Source: an uncultured Chloroflexia bacterium (GTDB lineage: Bacteria > Chloroflexota > Limnocylindria > QHBO01). From it: a DNA stretch of 64,000 bases. The position numbers and the translations under genes are program-made. How positions within the stretch are numbered: the stretch's first letter is position 1; every line of letters starts with the position of its first letter. The stretch is taken from the NCBI GenBank assembly GCA_963814375.1, contig CAWFCQ010000008.1, positions 493,519 to 557,518 on the forward strand. The letters run 5' to 3'. A model generated the notes under the pieces. That model saw only the letters and a list, made by a program, of their open reading frames with translations, had not been told where the DNA came from and did not search any database. Shown piece after piece: positions 36,012 to 46,994 of the stretch.

Positions 36012-37666
36012 GTCGCGCCCCTCGGCGCCAGCCCCATCTCGGCCAGGAAGGGCGATGGCCGCGCCGGGTCGAACGCCAGGATGAGCTCCCTCGTCGAGCG
36101 GGTGAGCGCGACATAGGCGAGGCGACGCTCCTCCTCCATGGCCCGATCCGGGTCAGCCGCGTCGACCAGGGATCGGCGGTTCGGCATCCGATCCGCCTCG
36201 AAGCCCAGGAGGACCACGGTCTGCCATTCGCGACCCTTCGCGGCGTGAACCGTTGCGAGCTCGACCGGCGCCTCGGGGTCGCGCAACGCCACGATCCGGG
36301 CGCGCGCGGCGTCATACGCGGCGATGAACGCATCGGTCGTGACGAATCCAGTCGTCCAGCCCATCAGCGCGTCGAGCGCCGCGTGATCCTCGTCCGCGAG
36401 CCGATCGCCGGTCGGAGAGCCGCGAGCCATGCCGCGCATCGCTCGGAGGCGCCGCAGGACGTGGAACGGGTGGTCTCGATCCTCCGAGCTGCGCGCGGCA
36501 TCGACGAGGGCGACGACCGGCTCCGCCTCGACGAGCGGCGGGATCGCGGCGGTGTGCCGAACGCCGGCGCGGACCAGTGCCAGCAGGACCGGTGTGAGCT
36601 CGTTCCTCGTCCGCGAGAGGAAGCAGAGGCTGCGACCGGCCCGATCCTCCCGCGCGGCGAGACGAGCCATGGCATCAGGCCAGCCCGCATCGGCAGTGCT
36701 CCAGGCGGAGATCGCGGTCCCGTCCAGGTGACTGCCCGCGGGAGCGCGGATCGGCTTTTCGAAGCGCTCGCGGTTGGCTGCGACCATCCGCGCGGATGCG
36801 GCGACGATGGCCGCGGGGCACCGGTAGTTCGTGGCGAGCATGACGCGCCGGGCGGTCGAGTAGTCGGCAGAGAACTTCAATATCCGACGCACGTCCGCGA
36901 GGCGCCACGCATAGATCGTCTGATCGTCGTCGCCGACCACGAACAGGTTTTCCTCGGGCGCGGCGAGCAGCCGGACCAGCCGAAGCTGTGCGGCGTCGAC
37001 GTCCTGGAACTCGTCCACACACAGGTGGCTGAAGCGGGACTGCCAGCGCAGCCGCACGCGCGGTTCCTTCTCGATGAGGTCGCCGGCCCGGACGACCATG
37101 TCGTCGAAGTCGATCGCTCCACGCGAGGCCAGCAGGCCGGCATAGGTCTCGAGGATGCCGCGGACGGTGTCGGGCACCGGACGACCCTCGACCTTCGAGG
37201 CCGACAGCCACGTATCGAGCTCCGCAACCTCGGGTACCACGGCGGAGGGATCCGCCTCCGCGTGCCGGCGTCGGGCCGCCCGGAGCAGCGGCATCCGATC
37301 GGCGACGAGGTTCGTCCCCTCGCCGGAGTCGAGCAGCACCTGGCGCGCCAACGCGTGCAGCGTGCGAATCTCGATCGACCCGGAGGCCACGTCGGTACCG
37401 AGGCGTCGCCTGACGCGCCCGGAGAGGTCGCGGGCCGCGTCGCGGTTGAAGGTAACCACGCAGATCCGGTCGGCCGGAACTCCGCGGTCGAGCAGGACCG
37501 CCAGGCGGGCCACCAGTGTCGTCGTCTTGCCGCTACCGGCCGGCGCGATGATCTGCGCGGGGCCATCCGGCAGCGTCGCCGCGGCTCGCTGCTCGGGATC
37601 CAGGCTCGCCAGCAGATCGCCGAGCGACGGGATCGGTGGTGCGAACGAGATCGACGGCATCGCCAT
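36008..37666 (-). CDS. UvrD/PcrA-family SF1 DNA helicase (short form)
   Basis: [50 protein letters not shown]. Confidence 0.92.
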
Positions 37667-37781
37667 CGCGTCATCATCGTCGCCAGCGATTACCAGCCGG
37701 TCATCGGCGGCTTATCGGCCGAGGCCGTATCCTGTGCGCCGCCCAGCCGAAGATGACCCCGAGCCGCAGCATGAGATCAAC

Positions 37782-38957
37782 GTGACGCGTCAACCCGATA
37801 CCGACCTGCCCTACGACCGCGACCGGATCCGATCCGGCGGCGTCGCTCGCCAGGCGAGTCGGCCCAGCCAGCCAGCGTCCATCGGCAACCAGGCGGCGCG
37901 GCGCACTCGATCCAGGGCGGCGCCGAGGCGGCGGCGGTCGGTGTGGCGCACCGTCAAGGTCGTCCTCTTCCTTGTTGTCGTTGCGGTCGTCGTGGGGTCG
38001 GTGCTGCTCGGCATGCGGGCCGCGGCCTTCAACGAGACGGTCTCGACAGCCGGCTTCCCGTCGACTGCGCTGCTCGGGCCGCTCAACGGGAGCGATCGAG
38101 TCAATGTCCTCCTCGTCGGCTACGGAGGCGGCGACCATGACGGCACGTACCTCGCCGACTCGATCCAGATCCTCTCGATCGATCCGGAGACCGACACGAC
38201 GACGTCGATCCCGATTCCGCGCGACCTGTGGATCGAGGGCATCGACTCGTTCTCCCAGAACGGCAAGGTGAACGAGGTCTTCTCGATCGGCCAGCTCGAG
38301 GGCGGGATCGACACCGCCGGCGCCCGCCTGGCCGAGGTGCTGAGCCAGGTCACCGGCCTCGAGATCGAGCATGCGGTGTCGATCGACTTCGCCGGCTTCC
38401 GCGACATGGTCGACGCCGTCGGCGGCGTCACGATCGACAACCCGGTCGCCTTCGACTACGCCACCCGGGAGGACAAGCACTTCGCCGGGGACTGGAGTGA
38501 GGGTGGGTTCGCGGCGGGTGAGATCCACCTCGACGGAGACCAGGCCCTGGCCTACACACGGGCGCGGTACACGAGCGTGCCCGCGGAGTCGACCGACTTC
38601 GCGCGATCGGTACGGCAGGCACGCGTCCTGGGCGCCATCCGCGAGCAGCTCGGAGACGGCGGCGCGGGGTCGTTGTTCCCGGGTCTGCGCCTGATGGACG
38701 CGATGGAGAGCCGCGTGCGGACCGATCTGTCCGCCATCGACCTCTTCCTGCTGTCGTCGCATCTCGGCGCCGACCGCCGGATCACGCTCGAGGAAGGACC
38801 CGTGCTGACGGCCACGACGAACACGATCGGCCAGTACATCCTGATCCCGACGGGCTGGACCGGGTCGGGCGACTACGGGGGCCTCCAGGCGTACCTGGCG
38901 GACGAGCTCGCGCAGCCGATCCCGTCCGCCTCGTCCGCCCCATCCGATGCGCCGTAA
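37782..38957 (+). CDS. LytR-CpsA-Psr (LCP) family protein (start uncertain)
   Basis: TM helix followed by NVLLVG, DSIQILSI, IPRDLW, VDAVGGV, ALAYTRAR, DFARSVRQ. Confidence 0.88.
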   Translation: MTRQPDTDLPYDRDRIRSGGVARQASRPSQPASIGNQAARRTRSRAAPRRRRSVWRTVKVVLFLVVVAVVVGSVLLGMRAAAFNETVSTAGFPSTALLGPLNGSDRVNVLLVGYGGGDHDGTYLADSIQILSIDPETDTTTSIPIPRDLWIEGIDSFSQNGKVNEVFSIGQLEGGIDTAGARLAEVLSQVTGLEIEHAVSIDFAGFRDMVDAVGGVTIDNPVAFDYATREDKHFAGDWSEGGFAAGEIHLDGDQALAYTRARYTSVPAESTDFARSVRQARVLGAIREQLGDGGAGSLFPGLRLMDAMESRVRTDLSAIDLFLLSSHLGADRRITLEEGPVLTATTNTIGQYILIPTGWTGSGDYGGLQAYLADELAQPIPSASSAPSDAP

Positions 38958-39465
38958 GCGGCGGATCCGGCTCGCGGATCTCCCGCGGCTCGTGGTGGGG
39001 GCCGTCGTCCAGTTCGCGGGCCTGTTCGGCGGTCGCTATCGTCGGACGGAGGGCGCAAACCTGTTCGTGACCGATGACGCGGACCGGGTGCTCGTCGTAC
39101 GCACCACATATCTCGGGCCGCACTGGATGCTGCCCGGCGGCCGCGTCGAGCGCGGCGAGACAGCGCACGGCGCTGCCGAGCGCGAGACGCTGGAGGAGAC
39201 CGGCATCGAGGTCCGCGTCGAGCGGCTGCTGGTCGTCGACGGGCGCCGGACGCGGGACACGAGCTTCGTCTTCGCCGGGCGAGCCGTCGGCGGCACGCTC
39301 GAGCCGCAGCTGGGCGAAATCGCGGAGGCCGGTTGGCTCGACCGATCGGAGATCGCGGCGTCCGCACCGAGGCTCGATCGGCTGCTCGAGATCATCGACG
39401 ATGGCGGCGACGGCGTGACGTACCTCGGGATCGACTCGGGGCCCCCTGAGGCCAAACGACCCTAG
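38947..39465 (+). CDS. NUDIX hydrolase
   Basis: Nudix box GGRVERGETAHGAAERETLEETG. Confidence 0.9.
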   Translation: MRRKRRIRLADLPRLVVGAVVQFAGLFGGRYRRTEGANLFVTDDADRVLVVRTTYLGPHWMLPGGRVERGETAHGAAERETLEETGIEVRVERLLVVDGRRTRDTSFVFAGRAVGGTLEPQLGEIAEAGWLDRSEIAASAPRLDRLLEIIDDGGDGVTYLGIDSGPPEAKRP

Positions 39466-39475
39466 AATCGACCGC

Positions 39476-41473
39476 GTGAGCCCGCAACGCGCCATGCCCG
39501 ACACCCTGCGCGCCGTGCTGCGCCGGCTGCCGACCGGGCCGGGTGTCTACCTCATGAAGAACGAGTCGGGACGCGTCCTGTACGTCGGCAAGGCCGACGC
39601 GCTGCGCAGCCGAGTGCGGTCCTACTTCGGCATGCGCGGGCCAGAGGACGCGCGCATCGTGCGCATGACCCAGGAGGTCGCCGATGTCGACTACATCGTC
39701 ACCGACACGGTCAGCGAGGCCTACCTCCTCGAGTCGAACCTGATCAAGGAGCATCGGCCTCGATTCAACATCCGGCTTCGCGACGACAAGAGCTACCCGT
39801 TCGTCAAGATCACGCTGGGCGAGGACTTCCCGCGCATCGTGCGGACCCGGCGACTGGTGCGGGACGGGAGCCGGTACTTCGGGCCGTATGCCAGCGCCTC
39901 GAGCGTCGACGAGACGCTCAAGCTGCTGCGGAAGATCTTTCCCTTCCGGACCTGCAACCTCGACATTCCCGAGGGAAAGCGCGTCCTCGAGCGTCCGTGC
40001 CTGCTGTACTTCATCAACCGATGCCAGGGCCCATGCATCCAGGCCATCGAGAAGCAGCCCTATCGCGAGACGATCGGCCAGATCGTCGACTTCCTGGATG
40101 GCCGTCAGGAGCCGATCGCGACGCAGCTGCGGGTCGAGATGGAGGGCCATTCGGAGGCCCTCCGCTATGAGCAGGCAGCCACGACCCGCGACAAGCTGCG
40201 CGCCGTCGAGCGCACGATGGAGCAGCAGAAGATGGCGGCCTTCAGCCGCGCCGAGTACGACGTCATCGGGATGGCTCGCGGCGAGGACGAAGCCTGCATG
40301 CAGGTCATGCAGGTCCGCAACGGCAAGCTCATCGGCCGCGAGCACTTCATCGTCGAGGGTGCCCGCGACGTCAGCGATGCCGAGACGCTCGGGTCGTTCC
40401 TTCAGCAGTACTACGCCAGCACCGACGCCGTTCCGCGGGCCCTCCTGGCCCCGCTGCTGCCGTCGGATGCCGATGTGCTCGCGACTCACCTCGCCGATCG
40501 GCGCGGTGTACAGGTCACGGTCACGGTGCCGGAGCGCGGCGAGAAGCGCCGCCTCGTGGCGCTGGCAGTCCAGAACGCGGTCGAGGCGCTCGAGCGCGAG
40601 CGAGCGGAGTGGATGGCGGACACCGCACGCCGCGACGAGGCGCTGACCGAGCTCGCATCGGCGCTCGAGCTTCCCCGCGTGCCGGAGCGGATCGAGTGCT
40701 ACGACATGAGCAACATCCAGGGCACTGCGGCGGTCGGAAGCATGGTCGTCTTCATCGACGGCCGGCCCGAGCCGCGGGAGTATCGGCGCTTCCGCATCCG
40801 ATCCGGCGACACTCCGGACGACTTCCGGATGATGGCCGAGGTGCTGCGCCGCCGATTCAGCCGCGTCGCCAAGCTGCGATCGCGGACGGGAGCCCTGTCA
40901 CTCGCCGAGGTCGGCGCCGACGAGGCGCCGGAGGGCGACGGTGGCGACGAGCCACTCGACCTCGATCCCGACGCCGGGCCGATCGATGAAGGGACGCCGG
41001 CGCCGAGGAGCCGCGAGACCGGATGGGCAGTGCCGGACCTCGTCATCGTGGACGGAGGAAAGGGACAGCTGTCGACGGCGGTGGCCGCCCTCGGCGAGCT
41101 CGGTATCAGCGACGTGCCGCTCACCGGGCTCGCGAAACGCTTCGAGGAGCTCTATCTGCCGGGCCGATCGGCGCCGATCGTGCTCCCGCGCCGCTCGCAG
41201 GCGCTCTACCTGGTGCAGCGCATCCGGGACGAGGCTCATCGGTTCGCGATCACCTACCACCGCGACGTGCGCGGCAAGCGCGCGCTGCACAGCGAGCTGG
41301 ACGACGTGCCCGGGATCGGCCCGGGCCGGAAGAAGTCGCTGCTCAAGCGATTCGGCTCCGTACGCCGCATGCGCGAGGCGACCCTGGACGAGGTGGCTGC
41401 GACGCCGGGAATCAGCCGTGACCTCGCGGAGCGCCTCAAGGCGCACCTCGCGCGCGAGGGAATGCTTGCCTGA
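39476..41473 (+). CDS. uvrC: Excinuclease ABC subunit C
   Basis: GIY-YIG (PGVYLM, YVGKA), DDKSYP, RIECYDMSN, DGGKGQ, RDEAHRFA, HhH motifs. Confidence 0.97.
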   Translation: MSPQRAMPDTLRAVLRRLPTGPGVYLMKNESGRVLYVGKADALRSRVRSYFGMRGPEDARIVRMTQEVADVDYIVTDTVSEAYLLESNLIKEHRPRFNIRLRDDKSYPFVKITLGEDFPRIVRTRRLVRDGSRYFGPYASASSVDETLKLLRKIFPFRTCNLDIPEGKRVLERPCLLYFINRCQGPCIQAIEKQPYRETIGQIVDFLDGRQEPIATQLRVEMEGHSEALRYEQAATTRDKLRAVERTMEQQKMAAFSRAEYDVIGMARGEDEACMQVMQVRNGKLIGREHFIVEGARDVSDAETLGSFLQQYYASTDAVPRALLAPLLPSDADVLATHLADRRGVQVTVTVPERGEKRRLVALAVQNAVEALERERAEWMADTARRDEALTELASALELPRVPERIECYDMSNIQGTAAVGSMVVFIDGRPEPREYRRFRIRSGDTPDDFRMMAEVLRRRFSRVAKLRSRTGALSLAEVGADEAPEGDGGDEPLDLDPDAGPIDEGTPAPRSRETGWAVPDLVIVDGGKGQLSTAVAALGELGISDVPLTGLAKRFEELYLPGRSAPIVLPRRSQALYLVQRIRDEAHRFAITYHRDVRGKRALHSELDDVPGIGPGRKKSLLKRFGSVRRMREATLDEVAATPGISRDLAERLKAHLAREGMLA

Positions 41474-41595
41474 GGGCGAATGCCCGCCAAGTCGCTATAC
41501 TTGCGCCGCCCGCCGCTGGTGAAGCGGCGTGTTTCGTGTCCTGGGCACACCTCGCCGGCACGAGATTCCGCTTCCATGAGGACCGTACGGCCGCA

Positions 41596-42933
41596 ATGAC
41601 CTGGCGTCGCATCGCCCCGTGGGTCATCGGGGTGATCGCCCTGGTGGCGATCCTGATCAACCTGCCGCGCACCACGCTCGGCCTCTCCTGGCTGCCTGAG
41701 CAGATCGGCGGGGTCGAGTTCCGCACCGTCCTCGGCCTCGACCTCCAGGGCGGCGTGCGCGTGAGCCTCGAGGCGCAGGGCGAGGACGGCGCCGAGGTGA
41801 CCGCGGAGCAGATCGAGACGGCGCGGAACATCATCGAGCGTCGCGTCGCCGGCATCGGCGTGACCGAGCCGCAGGTCCGCACCGAGACGGCCGGCGACGG
41901 ATCGCAGCGGATCGTGGTGGAGGTGCCGGGCGTCAGCGCCGCGGACCAGGACCAGGTGCGCGCCCTCGTTGGTGCTACCGGGCAGCTCCAGTTCATCGAC
42001 CCGCAGGGCCAGGCCCTCACCGAGGGGCAGGACATCAGCGACCTGCTGGAGGCGGGTACGGTCCGCGAGCTCTTCGACGGGGGAGAGATCGATCCCAACA
42101 GCGTCGCTCCGGCGGCCAATGGCAACCTCATCGGCGTCCAGTTCAGCCTCAGCGAGACGGGCAGTGACATCTGGTGCGCGTTCACGACGGCGAACGTCGA
42201 CCGACCCGGCCCGATTGCGCTCGACAACGAGGTCATCACGACCCCGAATATCGACGACGCGATCTGCGCGGGAGAGACGATCATCACGGTCGGCGCGGCA
42301 TCGGCAGCCGCCGAGGCCGAACGGACGAGCCTCTACAACACGCTGCGATTCGGCGCGCTGCCCATCTCGCTGGAGGAGGTCGGCTTCGAGACGGTCGATC
42401 CGACCCTCGGCGCGGACTTCCTGGTCCAGGCGCTCGTGGCGGGGGCGGTGGGGCTCGCGCTGGTCCTCTTCTTCATGATCGCCTACTACCGCCTGCCCGG
42501 CGTCCTTGCGGCAATCGCCCTCGTGTTCTACACGCTCGTGGTGTACGCGATCTTCCGCCTCATCCACGTGACGCTGACGCTGGCCGGGGTGGCGGCGTTC
42601 ATCCTCAGCATCGGCATGGCGGTGGACGCCAACATCCTCATCTTCGAGCGCATGAAGGAGGAGATCCGGGCAGGCAAGACGCTCGGGCCGGCTATCGAGG
42701 CCGGATTCAACCGCGCCTGGTCGAGCATCCTCGACTCGAACGTCGCCTCGCTGCTCGTCGCCGGCTGGCTGTACTGGCAGGGGACGACGGTGGTCCGTGG
42801 GTTCGCTCTCGTCCTCATCATCGGTGTCTTGGTGAGCATGTTCAGCGCCGTGACGGTGACGCGGACGATGCTCCGCTACGTCACCCGCACGAGCTGGGGC
42901 AGGCGGCTCGAGCTCTACCACGTGGAGCGCTAG
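41596..42933 (+). CDS. secD: Protein translocase subunit SecD
   Basis: LGLDLQGG, GALP, PTLG, GMAVDANILIFER..EE. Confidence 0.95.
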   Translation: MTWRRIAPWVIGVIALVAILINLPRTTLGLSWLPEQIGGVEFRTVLGLDLQGGVRVSLEAQGEDGAEVTAEQIETARNIIERRVAGIGVTEPQVRTETAGDGSQRIVVEVPGVSAADQDQVRALVGATGQLQFIDPQGQALTEGQDISDLLEAGTVRELFDGGEIDPNSVAPAANGNLIGVQFSLSETGSDIWCAFTTANVDRPGPIALDNEVITTPNIDDAICAGETIITVGAASAAAEAERTSLYNTLRFGALPISLEEVGFETVDPTLGADFLVQALVAGAVGLALVLFFMIAYYRLPGVLAAIALVFYTLVVYAIFRLIHVTLTLAGVAAFILSIGMAVDANILIFERMKEEIRAGKTLGPAIEAGFNRAWSSILDSNVASLLVAGWLYWQGTTVVRGFALVLIIGVLVSMFSAVTVTRTMLRYVTRTSWGRRLELYHVER

Positions 42934-42936
42934 CCC

Positions 42937-44073
42937 GTGTACGACATCGTCGGCAAGCGCAACCTGTGGTTCGCGATCAGCGCCATCCTCACGATCCCCG
43001 GCCTGATCTTCATCTTCCTCGGCGGGCTCAGGCCGTCGATCGACTTCACCGGCGGCACCGAGTGGGAGGTCCGCTACGAGAGCGAGCCATCGGCCGCCGA
43101 GGTCGAAGATGCGCTTGCCGAGCTCGGGTACGAGGACGCGGTCGTCACCGCGCTGCCCGATGGGTACCTTCGGATCCGAACCGAGCCGATCGACCTCGTT
43201 CCGCCTCCCACCGAGGAGCCGGCGCCGTCCGGATCGGTCGAGCCGAGCGCCAGCGCCAGCGCCGAAGCCTCGCCGAGCGATGCTCCCTCGAGCAGCCCGG
43301 AAGCGTCCGGCAGCCCTGACGCGTCGGGCAGTCCGGCACCAAGCGCCAGCCCGGACCCGACCGGAAGCGCGTCAGCGTCGCCATCGGGATCGGCCGCTGC
43401 GTCGCCGTCCTCCTCGCCCGAGCCGTCTCCGCCCGCCGTCATCGCCGGCACGGAGTTCGCCGACGTGCAGGCGTCGCTCGAGGAGCAGTTCGGGGAGGGT
43501 GAGCCGCGCAGCGTGCGGACCGTGGGGCCGATCATCGGCTCCGACCTCATCCGCAGCTCGGCGATCCTCATCATCATCGGCGAGCTCTTCATCCTCGCCT
43601 ACCTGTGGATCCGCTTCGGCTTCCGATTCGGCACCGCCGCGATCATCGCGCTGCTGCACGACGTCATCCTCGTGGTCGGCACCTTCGCGATCCTGGGCTA
43701 CTTCTTCTTCATGGAGTTCGACGCGCTGTTCGTGACCGCGCTGCTGACGATCATCGGCTTCAGCGTCCACGACACGATCGTGGTCTTCGACCGAATCCGC
43801 GAGAACCGGGTGCGCCACGCGGGCGAGACGTTCGGCGCCATCGTGAACCACTCCATCCTCCAGACGATGGGCCGCTCGATCATCACCTCGCTCACCGTGG
43901 TCGTCACCCTCGGCGCGCTGCTCCTGCTCGGCCCGCCGACGATCCGGACGTTCACCCTGGCGCTGCTTCTCGGCGTCGTCTCGGGGACGTACTCGTCGAT
44001 CTTCAACGCCAGCCAGATCCTGGTGGCATGGAACGACTGGGACGCGAGGCGCAAGCTTCGAGCCACGCGATAA
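42937..44073 (+). CDS. secF: Protein translocase subunit SecF with a Ser/Pro/Ala-rich insert
   Basis: IDFTGGT, VGP, ALLHD, GFSVHDTIVVFDRIREN, GTYSSIF. Confidence 0.95.
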   Translation: MYDIVGKRNLWFAISAILTIPGLIFIFLGGLRPSIDFTGGTEWEVRYESEPSAAEVEDALAELGYEDAVVTALPDGYLRIRTEPIDLVPPPTEEPAPSGSVEPSASASAEASPSDAPSSSPEASGSPDASGSPAPSASPDPTGSASASPSGSAAASPSSSPEPSPPAVIAGTEFADVQASLEEQFGEGEPRSVRTVGPIIGSDLIRSSAILIIIGELFILAYLWIRFGFRFGTAAIIALLHDVILVVGTFAILGYFFFMEFDALFVTALLTIIGFSVHDTIVVFDRIRENRVRHAGETFGAIVNHSILQTMGRSIITSLTVVVTLGALLLLGPPTIRTFTLALLLGVVSGTYSSIFNASQILVAWNDWDARRKLRATR

Positions 44074-44118
44074 CGGTTCGGTAAGCGGCGGGTGACCCGC
44101 CGCGGCTACGATGGCGGG

Positions 44119-45867
44119 GTGATCGTCCCGAGCCTGGAGTGGGTGCTCCCGGAGCCCGTGCCGGAGCCGCCCGTCTTCGCCGGGTTTGCGCCGCCGGTGG
44201 CGACGCTTCTCGCCCGCCGAGGCTTCACCGGCGACGACGACCTCCAGCGCTTCCTCCAGGCCGGCGCTGGCGCGCTCCACGATCTGTCGCGCATGGCCGA
44301 TGCGGGCCGCGCGCTGGACCGGATCGACGCGGCGATCGCGACGGGAGAGCGCATTGCGATCTGGGGCGACTACGACGCCGATGGGATGACCGCGATCGTC
44401 GTCTGGATCATGGCGCTTCGGCGCCTGGGCGCCGATCCGGTGCGCTACGTTCCGTCAAGGCTGGCCGAGGGTTACGGTCTGTCGGCGGTCGGGCTCGAGC
44501 GGCTCGCCGGCGACGGCATCGGCCTCGTCATCACCGTCGATTGCGGTGTCAGCAACGCCGCCGAAGTGGAGGCGGCGCGCGCGCTTCGGCTCGACGTCGT
44601 CATCACCGATCACCATCTGCCGCCGGCGGTGCTTCCGCGAGCCGCTGCCGTGGTCGATCCCCATCGACCCGACTGCGAGTATCCCGACCCCGACCTGACC
44701 GGCGCCGGCCTCTCGTACAAGCTCGCCGCGGCGCTCCTCGCGCGCCACGGGCTTTCGGAGGAGGGCCTGGCCGCGGTGGCCGCGATCGGCACGGTCGCCG
44801 ACCTCGCGCCGATGACGGGCGAGAGCCGGGCAATCGTGCGGCTGGGCCTGGCAGAGCTCGGGCGGACGACCCATGCCGGGCTCCGCGCCCTCCTGGCGCG
44901 CGGCTGCGAGGCGCCGGAGCAGCCGACGGCTCGCGACCTGGCGTTCGGTGTCGTTCCGCGCATCAATGCGGCCGGCCGGATCGCCGACACCGAGCTCGCG
45001 ATCGAGCTCCTCCTCGAGTCCGATCCGTCGCGCGCCGCGGAGCTCGCTGCTGAGCTGGAAGAGGTCCACGAGCGGCGCCGCGAGATGACGAAGGTGGCCG
45101 TGGAGACCGCGCGCCCCATGGCCGACGCGGTACCCGGCACCAGCGGCCTCGTCCTGCGCAACGATGAATGGTCGCCCGGCCTGGTCGGGCTCATCGCCGG
45201 GCGGTTGGCCGACTCGCTGGCCCGCCCGGTTGCGATCGCGACGCTCGTGGGCGAGGAGGTGCGAGGATCGGTCCGAGCCCCTTCCGACTTCCATGTCGCC
45301 GCGGCCCTGGAGGCCTGCGCCGAGCATCTCGCCAAGCGGGGCGGGCACGCTGCGGCCGGCGGCTTCAGCGTCGTCCCTGAGCGATGGCCCGCGTTCATGG
45401 CCGCTTTCGCCGCCCTTCCGCGTCCGTTCCCGCATGACGTCGCGCCGGAGATCGAGCGTCCCGGCCGCCAGGTGGTGGATCTGGTGCTGACGGCACGCCG
45501 GCTCGACTGGTCGTTGGCCGACGAGCTGGCACGGCTGGCACCGTACGGGCCTGGCCATCTCGAGCCGGTCCTCGCAGTGACCGGCATGACGGTGACCGAC
45601 GCCCGCCGCGTCGGCCAGCGCGAGCAGCACGTGGCGATGAAGATGCGTCGAGGGCTGGAGACCTTCGACGCCATCGCCTTCGGCATCGACGCCGACCGCG
45701 CGCTCCCGGAGCCCGGCGATGCAGTCGACCTGGTCGGTACGCTCGAGCGCGACGAGTTCGGCGGCATGCCGCGGCTGCGGATGCGGGTCGTCGACTTTGC
45801 GCACACCGACGCCAGCCCGCTCCTCGCACGTCGCCTTCCGATGCCGGTGCTGGCGCGCGCCGGATGA
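44119..45867 (+). CDS. recJ: Single-stranded DNA exonuclease RecJ
   Basis: GDYDADG, EGYGL, ITVDCG, ITDHH, GTVAD, PRINAAGR, GGHAAAGG. Confidence 0.93.
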   Translation: MIVPSLEWVLPEPVPEPPVFAGFAPPVATLLARRGFTGDDDLQRFLQAGAGALHDLSRMADAGRALDRIDAAIATGERIAIWGDYDADGMTAIVVWIMALRRLGADPVRYVPSRLAEGYGLSAVGLERLAGDGIGLVITVDCGVSNAAEVEAARALRLDVVITDHHLPPAVLPRAAAVVDPHRPDCEYPDPDLTGAGLSYKLAAALLARHGLSEEGLAAVAAIGTVADLAPMTGESRAIVRLGLAELGRTTHAGLRALLARGCEAPEQPTARDLAFGVVPRINAAGRIADTELAIELLLESDPSRAAELAAELEEVHERRREMTKVAVETARPMADAVPGTSGLVLRNDEWSPGLVGLIAGRLADSLARPVAIATLVGEEVRGSVRAPSDFHVAAALEACAEHLAKRGGHAAAGGFSVVPERWPAFMAAFAALPRPFPHDVAPEIERPGRQVVDLVLTARRLDWSLADELARLAPYGPGHLEPVLAVTGMTVTDARRVGQREQHVAMKMRRGLETFDAIAFGIDADRALPEPGDAVDLVGTLERDEFGGMPRLRMRVVDFAHTDASPLLARRLPMPVLARAG

Positions 45868-46721
45868 TCGGCTCCACCCTCGCGCGGCTGAGGGCGCGAC
45901 GGACGGCCGTCGGGACGCGGCTTTGCCTGGGCATCGATCCGCATCCCGACCAGCTCCCCGCCGGCCTCACCAGTGATGCGCGGGGCATCGAGCACTTCGC
46001 GCGCGGCCTGATCGAGGCCGCCGCCCCCGAGGCGTGCGCGGTGAAGATCAACGTCGCCTTCTTCGAAGCGTTCGGCGCCGACGGTTGGGCCGCCCTCGAA
46101 CGCGTCCGGCGCGACGTGCCCTCTGAGATCGTATGCATCCTCGACGCGAAGCGCGGCGATATCGGCTCGACCGCCGAGCGCTACGCGGAATCGCTGTTCG
46201 GCCGGCTCGAGGCCGACGCGGTCACGCTCTCGCCTTACCTCGGCGAGGATGCCGTCGATCCGTTCCTCGCCGATGTCGACCGGATGGTCTATCTGCTCGC
46301 GCGGACGAGCAATCCGTCGGCCGGCACGATTCAGGGACTCGTGGCGGACGGCTCGCCGGTGCACCTCCACGTGGCGCGCTGGGCTGCCGATCGATGGCCG
46401 GATGGCCGGGTCGGCCTCGTCGTGGGGGCGACTGCACCCGCCGAGCTGGCATCGGTCAGGGCTGCGGTGCCGGGGCCGGGCTTCCTGGTTCCGGGGGTGG
46501 GCACCCAGGGCGGCGATCTCGAGGCGGCCATGCGCAGCGCGGACGGGAGCTGGGCGCCGGGCCTGATATCGGTCTCGCGCTCCATCGCCGGCGCCTCGCG
46601 AGGGCCCGATTGGCGCCAAGCGGCCGCCGCGGCCGCCAGAGCCATGGCGGATCGGATGCGGGACACGGTGCTACACTCGGAAGCCAGTTCCGCTGCTGCG
46701 GCCAATCACGGAGGTTCGTGA
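45864..46721 (+). CDS. pyrF: Orotidine-5'-phosphate decarboxylase
   Basis: [39 protein letters not shown]. Confidence 0.93.
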   Translation: MIGSTLARLRARRTAVGTRLCLGIDPHPDQLPAGLTSDARGIEHFARGLIEAAAPEACAVKINVAFFEAFGADGWAALERVRRDVPSEIVCILDAKRGDIGSTAERYAESLFGRLEADAVTLSPYLGEDAVDPFLADVDRMVYLLARTSNPSAGTIQGLVADGSPVHLHVARWAADRWPDGRVGLVVGATAPAELASVRAAVPGPGFLVPGVGTQGGDLEAAMRSADGSWAPGLISVSRSIAGASRGPDWRQAAAAAARAMADRMRDTVLHSEASSAAAANHGGS

Positions 46722-46728
46722 AAGTCAG

Positions 46729-46947
46729 ATGCCGGTTCCCGGACCGATGGAGCTCATCCTGCTGCTGGTGATCGTGCTGATCATCTTCGGCCCCGGCAAG
46801 CTGCCCGATATCGGCAACGCGGTCGGGAAGGGGATCCGCGAGTTCCGCAAGGCATCCAGCGAGCTCGAGGACTCGGTTCGAGGCGAACCGAAGCGTCCGA
46901 CCGCAGACGAGACCCCGACGGGCGACGGCTCGGACCGCTCCCACTGA
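46729..46947 (+). CDS. tatA: Tat translocase subunit TatA
   Basis: [22 protein letters not shown]...GKGIREFRK. Confidence 0.93.
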   Translation: MPVPGPMELILLLVIVLIIFGPGKLPDIGNAVGKGIREFRKASSELEDSVRGEPKRPTADETPTGDGSDRSH

Positions 46948-46994
46948 TCCGCGTTCGCCCAGCGTCGTCCGCCGCGTGACGTGACGTCCCGCCG

